DNA of 64,000 bases from Nannocystaceae bacterium ST9 (lineage in GTDB: Bacteria > Myxococcota_A > Polyangia > Nannocystales > Nannocystaceae). The translations under genes were made by a program, and so were the position numbers. Of the stretch, positions 1 through 10,119 are shown piece by piece (the first letter of the stretch is position 1; each line of letters begins with the position of its first letter). The stretch is from positions 5,889,697 to 5,953,696 of the forward strand of contig JBLWFJ010000001.1 of NCBI GenBank assembly GCA_048320885.1, given 5' to 3'. Under the pieces are notes generated by a model. That model was not told the origin of the DNA. It searched no databases and saw only the letters and a program-made list of their open reading frames with translations.

Positions 1-998
1 TCGAGCAGCCAGCCGTAGCCGAAGCGATGATCGAGATCGAGGGCGGGCACGTCGGCCGGCGGGCTCAGCAGCGCGTCGACGCTGGCGGGCGCGAGCAGCT
101 GCTCGCCCGCGCTGCTGCGACCCGATCGCAGCAGCAGGCCCGCGAAGCTGGCGAGGTCGACGACGCTCGCGTGCAGGCCACCCGCGGGCGCGAGCCGAAA
201 CTGCGGGTCGATCCGCAGGGTCGAGCGCTGGTAGCTGGCCGCGTGCTCGATCGCCGCCAGCCCGTCGGCCCCGTGCAGCGGCAGCAGGGCCGGCTGCGGC
301 TCGGGCCCACCGACGAAGTAGGCGGTCCGCATCCCGGCCGGGCGCAGCAGGGTCTCGGTGACCAGCGTCTCGTAGTCGCGCTCGCGCTCGCGGGCGAGCG
401 CGAGGCCGGCGAGCGCCATGCCGAGGTTGGAGTAGAGCGTGTGGTGGCCGGGCGGGGCGGCCGGCTCGAGCCCGCGAATCTCGTCGACGATCGCCGGCCA
501 GGCCGGCGGATCGGTCGAGAGCTCGTGGACGAACCAGTCGGAGGGCAAGCCCGAGCGATGCGCGAGCAGCTGGCCGAGCGTGATGCTCGACTCGGCGTCG
601 TCGGCCAGCTCGAGCTCGGGCAGCAGCTCGGCCAGCGTGTCGTCGAGCGCGAGCTCGCCGGCTTCGACCGCCTGCATGACCGCGGCCGCGGTGATCGGCT
701 TGCTGAGCGAGCCGACCGCGTAGACGGTGCGCGGCCCGGCTCGCCACTGACGATCGACGTCGGCCCAGCCCCAGCCGGTCGCCCACACGATCTCGCCCTC
801 GTCGACCAGCGCCAGCGAGATGCCGGTGATCTCGTTGGCCTTCATCAGCTCGACGGCCAGCGCGTGGATGGTCTCGCGGGTCTCGGCGTAGCTGGGCCCC
901 GGGTCGACCAGCGCCTGCGTGCGCTCCGGCTCGCGCTCGGAGCTGCCGCAGGCGAGCAGGCCGAGCACGAGCAGCGCGAGCGCGGGGATCGATCGCAC
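1..998 (-). CDS. Serine hydrolase / beta-lactamase-family lipoprotein (3' end of gene lies outside window)
   Basis: Minus-strand frame reads VRSIPALALLVLGLLACGS (lipobox) ...ALVDEGEIVWATGWGWADVD...AVGSLSKPITAAAVMQ (S-x-x-K motif). GTG start is the complement of 996..998. No stop in window, so it is absent from the ORF track. Confidence 0.6.
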   Translation of the reverse strand, partial: MRSIPALALLVLGLLACGSSEREPERTQALVDPGPSYAETRETIHALAVELMKANEITGISLALVDEGEIVWATGWGWADVDRQWRAGPRTVYAVGSLSKPITAAAVMQAVEAGELALDDTLAELLPELELADDAESSITLGQLLAHRSGLPSDWFVHELSTDPPAWPAIVDEIRGLEPAAPPGHHTLYSNLGMALAGLALARERERDYETLVTETLLRPAGMRTAYFVGGPEPQPALLPLHGADGLAAIEHAASYQRSTLRIDPQFRLAPAGGLHASVVDLASFAGLLLRSGRSSAGEQLLAPASVDALLSPPADVPALDLDHRFGYGWLL

Positions 999-1017
999 CC
1001 GATCAGGGTAACGCGAT

Positions 1018-3390
1018 CTAGCGCGCGCCGAGTCGACGCCGCAGCACCCACTCGCCACCGAAGCAGCCGATCAGCGCGAGCAGGGCGATCCAGCCGTCCC
1101 AGAGCGCGACGTCGCGGCGCCCGGTCGCGGGCCTCGCGAGTTGGTCGAGATCGGCCATCGCGAGCTCGTCGGGCAGCCCCTCGCCCTCGATCGCTTCGAA
1201 GCTCTCGCCGCCCGGCGAGGCCTCGGCGAGCTCACGCAGCAACGCGGTGCCCGGATCGCCGTCGACCTCGGCCAGCTCCGGGCTGCCGGCGCCGACCAGG
1301 AATACGCGGCGCGCCGCGCCGCCCGACTCGGCGTCTTCGCTCGTCGGTCGCGGTTCGGCGGCCCGCCAGGCCTCGGCCGCGTAGGCGCCGGCCGGCAGCG
1401 CGTCGATCCGGGCGCTCGCGCGACCGAGCGCGTCGGTGGTCAGTCGACCCTCGGCGAGCGGGTCGCGATCGGCCTGCTCGGGATCGAGGGCTCGGATCTC
1501 GTAGTCGACCTCGACGTCGGGCTCGGGCGCGTAGCTGGCCGAGAGCGTGCGGACCGAGAGCTCGACCGGCTCGGCCAGCGCGTACTCGACCTTCGAAGTC
1601 TCGAGCACGAGCCGCTCGGCCGAGGCGTCGCGCAGCAGCCAGCGGACCGCGCCCAGCCACAGCAGATCGTAGGGGCGCGAGCCGTCGATCAGCGGGAGGT
1701 CGGGCGCGAACCCGAGCCGCCAGCTCGAGCCGGTCGTCAGCGCCATCACCCGGCCCTTGCCGGGCTCGGCGACGGCCAGCAGCGGCGCCCCGGTGTCGGG
1801 GTGGACGAGCAGCGCGGTCGCCCCGATCGCGCCGCCGTCTCGGGCCATCGTGGTCGGGTTGAAGCTGTCGAGCGCGGGCAGGCCCGACCAGTCGGCGCGG
1901 CCGCTCGCGGCCAGCCACGCGCTGATCGGGTGGCGGCGGCCGGCGTCGGTCAGTGCGGGCGAGAAGGGCTCGCGCTCGAGCCCGATCCGCCCGCGCAGAT
2001 CGATCGGCAGCAGCTCGGCGAGCGCAGGCTCGGCGAAGTCGCCGGTCGCCACGCCCAGGTCGCCGCCGATCACCACCAGCGCCCCGCCTTCGCGCAGGTA
2101 CTCGGCGACGTTGCTCAAGTAGTCGCCGTGCGCCTGCGCGTCGAAGTTGTGCATCACGATCAGATCGAAGCTGCCGAGCTGCTCGCGGAACAGCTCGTCG
2201 GTCGGGAACGCGATCAGGCTGAGCGGCGCGTCCTCGTCCTCGCGGCTGAGGTCCTCCCAGTCGCGCAAGATGTAGTAGCTGAGCAGCTCGACGTTGGGAT
2301 CGCGCTTGAGCAGGGTCCGCAGGGCGCGGACGTCCCAGTCGGGCCGACCGGCGACGTGCAGGACCCGGACCTTGTCGCGCAGCACCTTGATCACGAACGA
2401 GCGCCGGTTGTTGGCCGTGCTGGCCTCGCCGGCGAGCGGGGTGACCCGGAACTCGTAGACGAAGGCGCCGGTCCGATCGGGCGCGACCTCGAAGCGAATG
2501 GTTCGGCTCTCGCCATCGTCGCCGAGCCGCAGGGTCTGCTCCTCGACCAGCTCGCCGTCGCGCAGCAGGCTGACGCTCGCGCGCTCGCCCGCGAGCCCGT
2601 GGGCGACCAACTCGACGGCGAACTCGGTGACGTTCTCGACGAACGCGAACTCGCCGACGTGCAGGCGGGTCAGCGAGACATCGCGCAGGGTCGGACCGGC
2701 GGTCGCGATCGTGGTGATCGGCACGTCGAGCTGGCCCGCGAGCGCGCGCAGGTGCTCGCGGGTCGCCGCGTCGCGGGCGACCAGGCCGTCGGAGATCACG
2801 ACCACGCCGGCGAGCGGCGGGCCCTCTTCGCGCGAGCGCGTCCCGCCGGCCTCGGCCAGCTCGAGCAGCGCGGGGGCCAGCTCGGACGCGGCGGCGTCCG
2901 GTTCGAAGTCGAGCGCGTCGGCGCTCGCTCGCGTGAGCGGATCGGTGCGCTCGCCGAAGCTGCGGACCTCGACGTCGACGCCCTCGCCGCGCCAGCGCTC
3001 GCGCGCCGCCTCGCCCTCGGACCAGAGCGTCTGGGTTCGCGTCCATCGGCGGGTGGTCTCGCGGCCCGGCGCGGCGCCGGCCGGGCCGTCGGCGATGTCC
3101 ATGCTGGTCGAGCGATCGATCAGCACGACCACTCGCCGCGCGCTGCCGGCATAGCTGCGCACGCGCAATTGCACTTCGAACACCACCGCCAACAAGCAGG
3201 CGATCGCGGCCAGGCGCAGGACCAGCACGCCGAGGATCCGCGCGCGCCCGCGTCGACCGAGCGCGGCGGGGGGCGGCCGGCGAACCAAGCTCAGCACGTC
3301 GAGCAAGGCCAAGCCGACGCACGCGGCGATCAGCACCAGCCCGAGCACGCCGGGCTGGTGACCGACGATCAGCGACCAGTCGCGATCCAT
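1018..3390 (-). CDS. Membrane protein with von Willebrand factor A domain (BatA-like) and C-terminal DUF4159/GATase-like region
   Basis: 790 aa. N-terminal TM helices, VLIDRSTSMD (MIDAS DxSxS), then a long extracytoplasmic region. Coherent composition, unlike the antisense ORFs. Confidence 0.7.
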   Translation of the reverse strand: MDRDWSLIVGHQPGVLGLVLIAACVGLALLDVLSLVRRPPPAALGRRGRARILGVLVLRLAAIACLLAVVFEVQLRVRSYAGSARRVVVLIDRSTSMDIADGPAGAAPGRETTRRWTRTQTLWSEGEAARERWRGEGVDVEVRSFGERTDPLTRASADALDFEPDAAASELAPALLELAEAGGTRSREEGPPLAGVVVISDGLVARDAATREHLRALAGQLDVPITTIATAGPTLRDVSLTRLHVGEFAFVENVTEFAVELVAHGLAGERASVSLLRDGELVEEQTLRLGDDGESRTIRFEVAPDRTGAFVYEFRVTPLAGEASTANNRRSFVIKVLRDKVRVLHVAGRPDWDVRALRTLLKRDPNVELLSYYILRDWEDLSREDEDAPLSLIAFPTDELFREQLGSFDLIVMHNFDAQAHGDYLSNVAEYLREGGALVVIGGDLGVATGDFAEPALAELLPIDLRGRIGLEREPFSPALTDAGRRHPISAWLAASGRADWSGLPALDSFNPTTMARDGGAIGATALLVHPDTGAPLLAVAEPGKGRVMALTTGSSWRLGFAPDLPLIDGSRPYDLLWLGAVRWLLRDASAERLVLETSKVEYALAEPVELSVRTLSASYAPEPDVEVDYEIRALDPEQADRDPLAEGRLTTDALGRASARIDALPAGAYAAEAWRAAEPRPTSEDAESGGAARRVFLVGAGSPELAEVDGDPGTALLRELAEASPGGESFEAIEGEGLPDELAMADLDQLARPATGRRDVALWDGWIALLALIGCFGGEWVLRRRLGAR

Positions 3391-3394
3391 CGGC

Positions 3395-4246
3395 TCACCT
3401 CCACTGCCGGTTGCGCAGCAGCGTCTCGACGTGCGCGCGGTCGGTCTTGTAGTCGGTGCAGGTCGCGTAGAGCAGGATGTTCACGCCGAAGCGCAGCGCC
3501 CACTCGCGCTGGACGTTGCCGCCCGGCGTGCACGACCAGCGGTGCAGGCCCTGATCGTCGCGGGCCAGCGCGCCGCCGAGATCGTTGGGCAGCACGAGGA
3601 TCTTGATTCGGCCTTCGTCCTGCACGCCGAGCGCCTGCTCCTCGGCCCGGGTCCGACCGGCCGGGAAGTCGACGATGTAGAAGCTGCGGTAGAGCACGTG
3701 GTCGGCCGGGATCGGGCCGAGCTTGCTGCCCGGCAGCATCGCGGCGATCAAGCTGGCGACGTCCTTGCCGAACCCGAAGTCGGTCCCGCCGTCGGCGTCG
3801 TCGAACACGATCATCCCGCCGAGATCGACGAAGCGACGCAGCAGCGCGTGGGCTTGCCCGTCGGCGACCAGCTCGGGCAGGCCGCCGCGGCCGGCCACGT
3901 AGAGGAAGGGGGTCTGGAACAGCGCGTCGTCGTCGAGCTCGACCACGCTGGGCGTGCGGACCGGGGCTAGACGGGTGCGCAGGCGCAGCTCCTGGCCGAG
4001 TTCGCGCATGCCTCCGGGCCGCGGATTCCAGTCTCCGCCGTATTGAAGCTGGGGGAGATCGATCTGCAGCTCGGGCCCGCCGGGTCCGAACAGCTCGTAG
4101 AACTCGTCGTCGACCTCGGGCTCGTCCTCGGGCGGCGCGGCCTCGAGACCTCGCGGCAGGCCCAGCAGCGCGCCCGCGAGCAGCCCGGAGCCGGCGTGGA
4201 GGAACTGGCGGCGGGTCGGGGCTCGGTCGGGATCGTCGGCTCGCAT
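3395..4246 (-). CDS. DUF4159 domain protein with twin-arginine signal
   Basis: RRQFLHAGSGLLAGALL is a Tat motif. Its stop is 4 nt from the start of the VWA gene, so the two are probably co-transcribed. Confidence 0.65.
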   Translation of the reverse strand: MRADDPDRAPTRRQFLHAGSGLLAGALLGLPRGLEAAPPEDEPEVDDEFYELFGPGGPELQIDLPQLQYGGDWNPRPGGMRELGQELRLRTRLAPVRTPSVVELDDDALFQTPFLYVAGRGGLPELVADGQAHALLRRFVDLGGMIVFDDADGGTDFGFGKDVASLIAAMLPGSKLGPIPADHVLYRSFYIVDFPAGRTRAEEQALGVQDEGRIKILVLPNDLGGALARDDQGLHRWSCTPGGNVQREWALRFGVNILLYATCTDYKTDRAHVETLLRNRQWR

Positions 4247-4276
4247 CGGTGGGCGGCTTCACTGTATCCTGCCGCC

Positions 4277-5227
4277 GTGCCTGCGGCGGTCCTCGAGGTC
4301 GAGAATCTCCAGAAGGTGTTCTTGCGCGGGTTCCTGCGCCGCCGCACGGTCGCGGTCGACGGCGTCGGCTTCCGCGTCGAGCCCGGCGAGGTGTTCGGGT
4401 TCCTGGGTCCCAACGGGGCCGGCAAGACCACCACGATGAAGATGTTGATGGGGCTGATCCACCCGACGGGAGGGACGGCTCGACTGTTCGGATCGCCGAT
4501 CGGCGATCTCGCGGCCAAGCGGCGGATCGGCTACCTGCCCGAGAACCCCTACTTCTACGACTACCTCTCGGCCGACGAATTCCTCGCGATGGTCGGGCGG
4601 ATCTACGGGCTGCCGGCGAGCGTGCGACGCAAGCGAGCCGACGAGCTGCTCGAGCGGCTCGGCCTGGCGATGGCCCGCACTCGACCGATGCGCAGCTACT
4701 CGAAGGGCATGTTGCAGCGGGTCGGGCTGGCCCAGGCGCTGATGGGCGACCCCGATCTGGTCGTGCTCGACGAGCCGATGAGCGGGCTCGACCCGATCGG
4801 TCGTCGCGAGGTCCGCGAGCTGATCGAGGGTCTGCGCGCGGCCGGCAAGACCGTGTTCTTCTCGACCCACATCCTGGCCGACGCCGAGCTGCTCTGCGAT
4901 CGGGTCGCGATCATCGTCAAGGGCAAGCTGCGCGACGTCGGTCCGCTCGGACGCCTGCTCAGTCCCAAGGTCCACCGCTTCGAGGTGCTCTGGTCGGGGC
5001 CCGCGGAGCTGCGCGCCAGCCTGCGCGAGCGCTTCGACGTGGGCAAGCACGAGACCAGCTCGGAGGGCGAGATCTACGTGGCCGGCAGCCAGGCCGAGGT
5101 CGACGGGTTCGTCGCCGCGATGCTGGCCGGCGAGGGCCACCTGCTTCAGCTCGCCGCCCAACGCGAGACGCTCGAGGAGCTGTTCGTGCGCGACGCGGGC
5201 AGCCGCGCGGAGGATCAACGATCGTGA
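4277..5227 (+). CDS. ABC transporter ATP-binding protein
   Basis: Walker A GPNGAGKTT, signature YSKGMLQRVGLA, Walker B LVVLDEP. GTG at 4277 chosen so as not to overlap the divergent DUF4159 gene; the longest ORF starts at 4043. Confidence 0.85.
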   Translation: MPAAVLEVENLQKVFLRGFLRRRTVAVDGVGFRVEPGEVFGFLGPNGAGKTTTMKMLMGLIHPTGGTARLFGSPIGDLAAKRRIGYLPENPYFYDYLSADEFLAMVGRIYGLPASVRRKRADELLERLGLAMARTRPMRSYSKGMLQRVGLAQALMGDPDLVVLDEPMSGLDPIGRREVRELIEGLRAAGKTVFFSTHILADAELLCDRVAIIVKGKLRDVGPLGRLLSPKVHRFEVLWSGPAELRASLRERFDVGKHETSSEGEIYVAGSQAEVDGFVAAMLAGEGHLLQLAAQRETLEELFVRDAGSRAEDQRS

Positions 5228-6036
5228 GCGCCCTGACCCTGAGCCTGGGCCGAATGTGGGCGATCGCGCTCAACACCTTTCGCGAGGCGGTGCGCAACAA
5301 GGTGCTCGCGATCTTGGTGCTCTTCGCGGTCGCGTTGATGGCGTTCTCGCTGGTGCTCGGCCAGCTCTCGCTGCACGAAGAGGTCCGCATCATCAAGGAT
5401 CTCGGGCTCTCGGCGACCAGCATCTTCGGGGTGGTGATCGCCCTGTTCCTGGGCGTCAACCTGCTGTCCAAGGAGCTCGATCGCAAGACCGTCTACGCGA
5501 TCATCCCCAAGCCGCTGCATCGCTGGGAGTTCCTGCTCGGCAAGTACTTCGGGCTGGCCCTGACCCTGGTCGCGCTGGTCGGCCTGATGAGCTTGATCCT
5601 CGCCGGGTTCCTGACCGCGCAAGGTGGCAGTCACGGCGTGATCATGGTGCGCGCCGAGCTGCTGATCTTGTTCGAGCTCTTGTTGTTGATCGCGGTCGCG
5701 CTGGTGTTCGCCAGCTTCAGCTCGCCCTGGCTCTCGGCGATGTTCGCCGCCGGGCTCTGGGTGGTCGGACGCAACACGGCCGAGCTCGAGGCGTTCTCGG
5801 CCGCCAAGCTCGAAGGCACGCTCGGCGGCGACATCCTGGGCGTGGTGCTCGAGCTGGTCCCCGACTTTCGGATGTTCTTCGTGTCGGGGGCCAACTACGA
5901 GGGCGCGCAGGTCAGCGTGCACGAGAGCTTCGTCAGCTGGGCCTACGTCGTGAGCGCGGGCAGCTACGCGGCGGCCTACGGGGCGACCTGCCTGCTGATC
6001 GCCGTGATCTTGTTCGGCCGGCGCGACTTCACCTGA
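5224..6036 (+). CDS. ABC-2 type transporter permease
   Basis: Six hydrophobic helices. Its GTG overlaps the ATPase stop (GTGA), indicating translational coupling. Confidence 0.75.
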   Translation: MSALTLSLGRMWAIALNTFREAVRNKVLAILVLFAVALMAFSLVLGQLSLHEEVRIIKDLGLSATSIFGVVIALFLGVNLLSKELDRKTVYAIIPKPLHRWEFLLGKYFGLALTLVALVGLMSLILAGFLTAQGGSHGVIMVRAELLILFELLLLIAVALVFASFSSPWLSAMFAAGLWVVGRNTAELEAFSAAKLEGTLGGDILGVVLELVPDFRMFFVSGANYEGAQVSVHESFVSWAYVVSAGSYAAAYGATCLLIAVILFGRRDFT

Positions 6037-6038
6037 CG

Positions 6039-6680
6039 ATGGCCGACGCGAACGCAGGGCAGCAGGTCGGCTCGCGCAGGGCGAGGGCGCTGCGCTCGGC
6101 CGGGCTGGCGCTGGCGCTCGTGCTCGCGATCGTCGGGCCCCTGCTGATCCGCGCCGGGCTCGAGGGCCGCGCCGAGCTGCGCCGCGCCGACGCGGCCGAG
6201 ACCCGCGAGCTCGCGATCGTCCACCTCGGTCGCGCGGCTCGCTGGCGCACGCCGCTGGGTGATCACGACGAACTCGCGCGGGTCCGGCTCGAGCAGCTCG
6301 CCGACGAGGCCGAGCTAGCGAACGACCCGGCGCTGGCCCTGATCGCGTGGCGAGAGCTGCGAGGGGCGCTGCTCGGCACGCGCGCGTGGGGGCTCGCCGA
6401 TCGCGAGCAGCTCGAGCGGGCGAACCTCGGGATCGTGCGAGGCATGATCGCGGCCGCGGACGAAGCCGGCGAGCCCGAGCAGAGCGAACGATGGCTGGCC
6501 GAACTCGAGGCCGCGCCCGCGAGCGATGGCGCGGGCACCCACGTCGCGGCGATCGGCTTCGCGCTGTGGTGCGTGACCTTGATCGGCTTCGCGTTGCGTG
6601 GACTCGAAGGTGGGCGACCTGCGCTGATCTGGGGAGGAGCGAATCTCGCACTCTTGCTGGTTTGGCTCCTCGCCATGTGA
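6039..6680 (+). CDS. Hypothetical membrane protein (third gene of ABC operon)
   Basis: ATG lies 2 nt after the permease stop. N-terminal and C-terminal TM helices. No recognisable family. Confidence 0.45.
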   Translation: MADANAGQQVGSRRARALRSAGLALALVLAIVGPLLIRAGLEGRAELRRADAAETRELAIVHLGRAARWRTPLGDHDELARVRLEQLADEAELANDPALALIAWRELRGALLGTRAWGLADREQLERANLGIVRGMIAAADEAGEPEQSERWLAELEAAPASDGAGTHVAAIGFALWCVTLIGFALRGLEGGRPALIWGGANLALLLVWLLAM

Positions 6681-6818
6681 GAGCCATCGCGCAATTCGAC
6701 ACAATCACGCGCGGTTTTAGTACCCCGCGATTCGAATCATACAGCAAGCAAATCGCTCCACAGCGCAGATAAGCAATATAACCTTGAAAGCTGCGAGGGC
6801 TGGTGAGAGCGTCCAGCC

Positions 6819-8273
6819 GTGACTCGCCTTCGATCCATCGGCCCCGCGTTGCTGACCCTCGGCTTGCTGCCCACCCTCGCGTTGGCGGGCCCACCCGAAG
6901 CGCTGCAGTCGGGAGCCGATCACGATCCCAACATCTATGGCGGCAGCGCGGCCAACTACTGCGGCTGGCCGACCGCGATCTATCTCGACTTCGGGTTCTC
7001 GGCCTGCTCGGGCACGCTGGTCCATCCCGACATCGTGATCACGGCGGCCCACTGCCCCGACACGCCCTCGGGCAAGAACGCGACCGTTCGCTTCGGTGAG
7101 GATTACGGCGGCGGCGAGCGGGCCGTGAGCGCGACCTGCTACTCGAACCCCGGCTACACCGGCTCGGTCGGCGAGACCGACTACGCGTACTGCCGGCTCT
7201 CGCAGTCGGTCACCGACATCCCGATCATCCCGCCGGCGTTCGGCTGCGACACCTCGGCGCTGAGCATCGGTCGCGAGGTCGTGATCGTCGGCTTCGGCGA
7301 GTCCGACAACGGCGGCAGCGGCAGCAAGCGCGAGGTGACCACGACGATCGAGGCGATCGGGCAGACGGCCTTCATCGGCGGCAACGGCAAGGACGCCTGC
7401 TTCGGCGACTCGGGCGGCCCGGTGTTCATCCAGCTCAAGAGCGAGTTCGGGGGCGACGACACCTGGCGGGCGTTCGGCATCACCTCGGGCGGCGCCGACT
7501 GTGGCTCGGGCGGGACCTACTCGCTGATGCACGTGGCGATCCCGTGGATCGAGGATCACTCGGGCGTCGACATCACGCCCTGCCACGACAGCCAGGGCAA
7601 CTGGGCGCCGACGCCCGACTGCGGCGGCATGCCCTACGACCCCGCGGCCGGGCAGGGCTCGTGGAACTCCGGTTGCAGCGACGGGCCGGTCAGCGGCTTC
7701 GGTGGCCTGTGCGGCGAGCCCTTCGGCAGCGGCGACGACATGGACCCGCCGAGCGTCAGCATCGTCGCGCCCGGCAACGGCGACGTGATCGACGTGCCGC
7801 CCGGCGAGACCCAGGCCGAGGTCACCATCGACGTCGAGGCCGACGACGGCGACGGGTTCGGCGTCGCCGAGGTCCGCCTGCTGATCAACGGCAGCGAGTT
7901 CGCGGGCAACACCGACTCGACCGCGCCCTACAGCTGGACGCTGGTGTTCAACCCCGGCGCGTACACGATCGAGGCGATCGCCGAGGACTTCGTCGGCAAC
8001 GAGGGCAGCGCGGATCCGGTCGGGATCGGCGTCGGCCAAGATCCCCCGGACGTGCCCGACGGCGACACGGGCGACGCCGACACGGGAGCCGGCGACACCG
8101 GTGACGGTGCGATGGACGGCGGGGCCGACGAAGTCGGCGAGTCCGGGGGCGACGACGCGGGCATCACCGTGACCGCCGACTGCAATTGCTCGACCGACGA
8201 GCCGCGTCCGATCTCGCTGCTCGCCGGGCTCGGCTTGCTCGGGCTGCTCGGGCTGCGCCGACGCGGCAAGTGA
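6819..8273 (+). CDS. Secreted trypsin-like (S1) serine protease with Ig-like domain and MYXO-CTERM tag
   Basis: Signal peptide, TAAHC (His), GDSGGP (Ser). C-terminus CNCSTDEPRPISLLAGLGLLGLLGLRRRGK matches the MYXO-CTERM sorting signal. Confidence 0.85.
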   Translation: MTRLRSIGPALLTLGLLPTLALAGPPEALQSGADHDPNIYGGSAANYCGWPTAIYLDFGFSACSGTLVHPDIVITAAHCPDTPSGKNATVRFGEDYGGGERAVSATCYSNPGYTGSVGETDYAYCRLSQSVTDIPIIPPAFGCDTSALSIGREVVIVGFGESDNGGSGSKREVTTTIEAIGQTAFIGGNGKDACFGDSGGPVFIQLKSEFGGDDTWRAFGITSGGADCGSGGTYSLMHVAIPWIEDHSGVDITPCHDSQGNWAPTPDCGGMPYDPAAGQGSWNSGCSDGPVSGFGGLCGEPFGSGDDMDPPSVSIVAPGNGDVIDVPPGETQAEVTIDVEADDGDGFGVAEVRLLINGSEFAGNTDSTAPYSWTLVFNPGAYTIEAIAEDFVGNEGSADPVGIGVGQDPPDVPDGDTGDADTGAGDTGDGAMDGGADEVGESGGDDAGITVTADCNCSTDEPRPISLLAGLGLLGLLGLRRRGK

Positions 8274-8331
8274 CCTCTCCCGCAACTCGTGCGCTGGTTT
8301 GCCGGCGTTCGCGGGCGCACCATTGCCGGCG

Positions 8332-9219
8332 ATGTCCGCCAGCTTCGACGTGACCCTGGGTCTCGATCTGCGTCCTCAGACCACGGGCGCCGTTCAGTTC
8401 GGCCTGTGGCTGTGCCGGACCGCGAAGGTCGCCGAGGCCCAGCACATGCACGCGGTCCACGTCATCGAGCCCGACGTGCTGCTCGAGCTGCTTCGCCACG
8501 CCGACGAAGAGACGCTGCTCGGCGCGTTCGCCCAGCGCGGCAAGCAGCTGCTCGATCAGGTCGCGCACGGCACCCACCTGCCACCGCCCGAGGTGTTCGC
8601 GGGCGATGCGGTCGAGCTGCTCGAGAAGCGGACCCGCGCGCACGGCAGCTCGGCCTTGTTGATCAGCCGCAAGGCGCCCGGCGATCGCTCGCTGAGCCTG
8701 CCGCGGCTCGGTGCGGTCGCTCGCAAGCTGCTGCGCCGCCTCGAGGTCCCGGTCATCGTCACGCCCGCGGACCTGCTGGTCTCGCAGATCGGCGAGGGCC
8801 CGATCGTCGTGGCCGTCGACTTCACCGAAGGTTCGTACCGGGCCTACACCTGGGCGCGCTTCTTGGCCCTCGATCTCGGCCGTCCGCTGCTGCTCGTCCA
8901 CCTCGCCGACATGCCCGATCAGCTCGGCTACGGCGGGTTCGTGGCGACCTCGCGCTGGGAGGAGCTCAGCAACGAGGTGCTCGATCGCGGCCGCGAGCGG
9001 ATGGACCAGTTCATGAAGGGCCACGGGATCGAGCACGCGCAGACCAACGTCGCGCGCGGGCCGGTGCTGCCCGGGCTGATCGATCTCGCGACCACGGCCA
9101 AGGCCTGCATGCTGGTCTGCGGCAGCGGGCACCACGGGCTGCTGCATCGGATCGTCGTGCCGAGCGTGGCCTCGGAGTCGGCGTCGATGGCCCCGATGGC
9201 CGTCGCGGTCGTGCCCTGA
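8332..9219 (+). CDS. Universal stress protein (tandem UspA domains)
   Basis: Two Usp-like halves (VIVTP..., LLVCGSGHHGLLHRIVVPS). ATG at 8332 preferred over the longer 8299 start. Confidence 0.6.
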   Translation: MSASFDVTLGLDLRPQTTGAVQFGLWLCRTAKVAEAQHMHAVHVIEPDVLLELLRHADEETLLGAFAQRGKQLLDQVAHGTHLPPPEVFAGDAVELLEKRTRAHGSSALLISRKAPGDRSLSLPRLGAVARKLLRRLEVPVIVTPADLLVSQIGEGPIVVAVDFTEGSYRAYTWARFLALDLGRPLLLVHLADMPDQLGYGGFVATSRWEELSNEVLDRGRERMDQFMKGHGIEHAQTNVARGPVLPGLIDLATTAKACMLVCGSGHHGLLHRIVVPSVASESASMAPMAVAVVP

Positions 9220-9231
9220 TCCCGACCCGGC

Positions 9232-10053
9232 TCACTCGGACTTGGGACACTCGAACTCGCGCATGCGGGCGCCCTTCCAGCCATCGAACGCGCTGCGCAG
9301 CTCGTTCGTCCGCTCTTCGCCGAGCTCCGCTTCGAGCAGCGCGGCGAAGCGATCGCCGGCGGCGAAGCGAGCCCGGGTGTAGCGGGCGTAGACCGAGCCT
9401 TCGCCCTCGCGCGGGCGCTCGCGCAGCCCGGCCCGCTCTTCGGCGATCGCCTTGCGGATGTCCTCGTCGCCGGGCTGCTTGCCGCGGCCGAGCGAGCGGG
9501 TCAGCTTGGTCCGCAACTCGGTGGCCGAGAGCGCGTCGACGTCGGTGCCGGGCGGGGCCAGCTCGCGGTAGAGCTCGCGGTAGAGCGCGTTCTCCTGCTC
9601 GGCGAAGCGGACCAGCGCGCGGTCGTAGGCGGCCTGCTCGTCGGGCGCGAGGTCGAGGTCGTCGAGGTCTTCGGGCGCGAGCCGAACCGGGTAGTCGGTC
9701 CGCACGTCGCAGTTGCGGGCCATCGCCTCGAGCTCGGCCTGGCTCAAGTTGGTGAAGCGGACCTCGCCGGCGAGCGCCTGCTCGGCGAGCAACTGCTCGC
9801 GGGTCTGGGCCTGCTCGAGCTGCTCGACCAGTTGCTCGCGCTCGACCTCGACGCTCGGATGCGGACGATCGATCAGGATCGGTCCGGGCTCGGGCGGGGC
9901 CTCGCGGGTCTCGGCGCAGCAGGGCTCCTCGGCGGGAGCCGGCGGCTTCGAGCCCAGCACGCCGACCTCGTAGAGCACCGCCACGGTCAACGCCGCGCCG
10001 ACGCCGAGCATGGTCGGCAGCCAGCGCGCGAGCTGGGATCGCTCTGCGCTCAT
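9232..10053 (-). CDS. Hypothetical membrane-anchored coiled-coil protein
   Basis: Only the last 274 aa of the 879-aa ORF are protein-like (MSAERSQLARWLPTMLGVGAALTVAVLY...). The upstream part is antisense to mutL. Confidence 0.45.
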   Translation of the reverse strand: MSAERSQLARWLPTMLGVGAALTVAVLYEVGVLGSKPPAPAEEPCCAETREAPPEPGPILIDRPHPSVEVEREQLVEQLEQAQTREQLLAEQALAGEVRFTNLSQAELEAMARNCDVRTDYPVRLAPEDLDDLDLAPDEQAAYDRALVRFAEQENALYRELYRELAPPGTDVDALSATELRTKLTRSLGRGKQPGDEDIRKAIAEERAGLRERPREGEGSVYARYTRARFAAGDRFAALLEAELGEERTNELRSAFDGWKGARMREFECPKSE

Positions 10054-10119
10054 CGCCGCCACTCTACCAGAGCGCCGAGCGGCTCGCGGCCGCGGCCACG
10101 GGCGGATAGCCTGCTCGAC

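Noticed and set aside
27-1862. 611-aa plus-strand ORF at window start
   Set aside because: R/A-rich junk translation. It is antisense to the serine-hydrolase and VWA genes, which have motif support.
1141-3606. 821-aa plus-strand ORF and 696-aa minus-strand ORF 1232..3322
   Set aside because: Both are alternative frames or antisense of the VWA gene with Arg/Gly-rich low-complexity products.
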